Source: Octopus sinensis (Eukaryota). From it: 64,000 bases of DNA. Positions 63,798 to 64,000 of the stretch are shown piece by piece. Where the stretch lies: contig NC_043002.1 in assembly GCF_006345805.1 (NCBI RefSeq), positions 86,862,001 through 86,926,000 on the forward strand, given 5' to 3'. The notes below the pieces were generated by a model that was not told the DNA's origin, did no database searches, and saw only the letters and a program-made list of their open reading frames with translations. Both the position numbers and the translations under genes were made by a program. Position 1 is the first letter of the stretch. Every line of letters begins with the position of its first letter.

Positions 63798-64000
63798 TAT
63801 ATGTAGTAATAATAATGATAATCCATGGATGGAATTTATAAATATTTTAATGTATCACTATGCATGTTACCACAAATTACATGTTTCTTAAGATCATAAT
63901 CTATATTCCTGGGGTGATTACAGTACAGTCCATAGTATCCAAGTAGATCATGTTCATGCAGACATTTCTTCAAGCAATATGGCATTAACAGATGTTAATG

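Noticed and set aside
1-64000. Promoter or CpG island for either gene
   Set aside because: CpG-rich patches coincide with young TEs; both 5' ends appear to lie outside the window

Overview
AT-rich, CpG-poor eukaryotic genomic DNA. The SINE, MITE and microsatellite landscape looks like an octopod cephalopod (recognised from memory, not searched). Two intron-rich genes converge tail-to-tail. On the + strand are the last four coding exons of a PPM1A/PPM1B (PP2C-alpha/beta) phosphatase (10133-24447; earlier exons lie upstream of the window). On the - strand are five coding exons of a PAR-bZIP transcription factor (HLF/TEF/DBP/Pdp1 family; 54780->44817; first coding exon not found, probably beyond 64000). 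All exon phases join into continuous ORFs. The rest is tRNA-derived SINEs of at least four families, TTAA-flanked piggyBac-like MITEs, one 8-bp-TSD MITE, two mariner remnants, RTE and CR1 LINE fragments, microsatellites and two long fold-back palindromes. Best leads: (1) each gene has an intronic candidate stop-containing ('poison') exon, 18 nt and 54 nt, with letter-identical splice sites (CATTTCTTTCTAG| ... ACAG|GTAAGT), and the PPM1 donor overlaps a 13-bp hairpin; (2) the PAR-bZIP leucine zipper is two heptads longer than vertebrate HLF; (3) four perfect PAR-bZIP sites (D-boxes) lie within about 11 kb of the PAR-bZIP locus itself; (4) candidate alternative PPM1 C-terminal exons; (5) decayed Penelope-type hammerhead motifs in repeats. 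All non-canonical exons and regulatory claims are untested predictions. Repeat boundaries are approximate unless a TSD or TIR is quoted.
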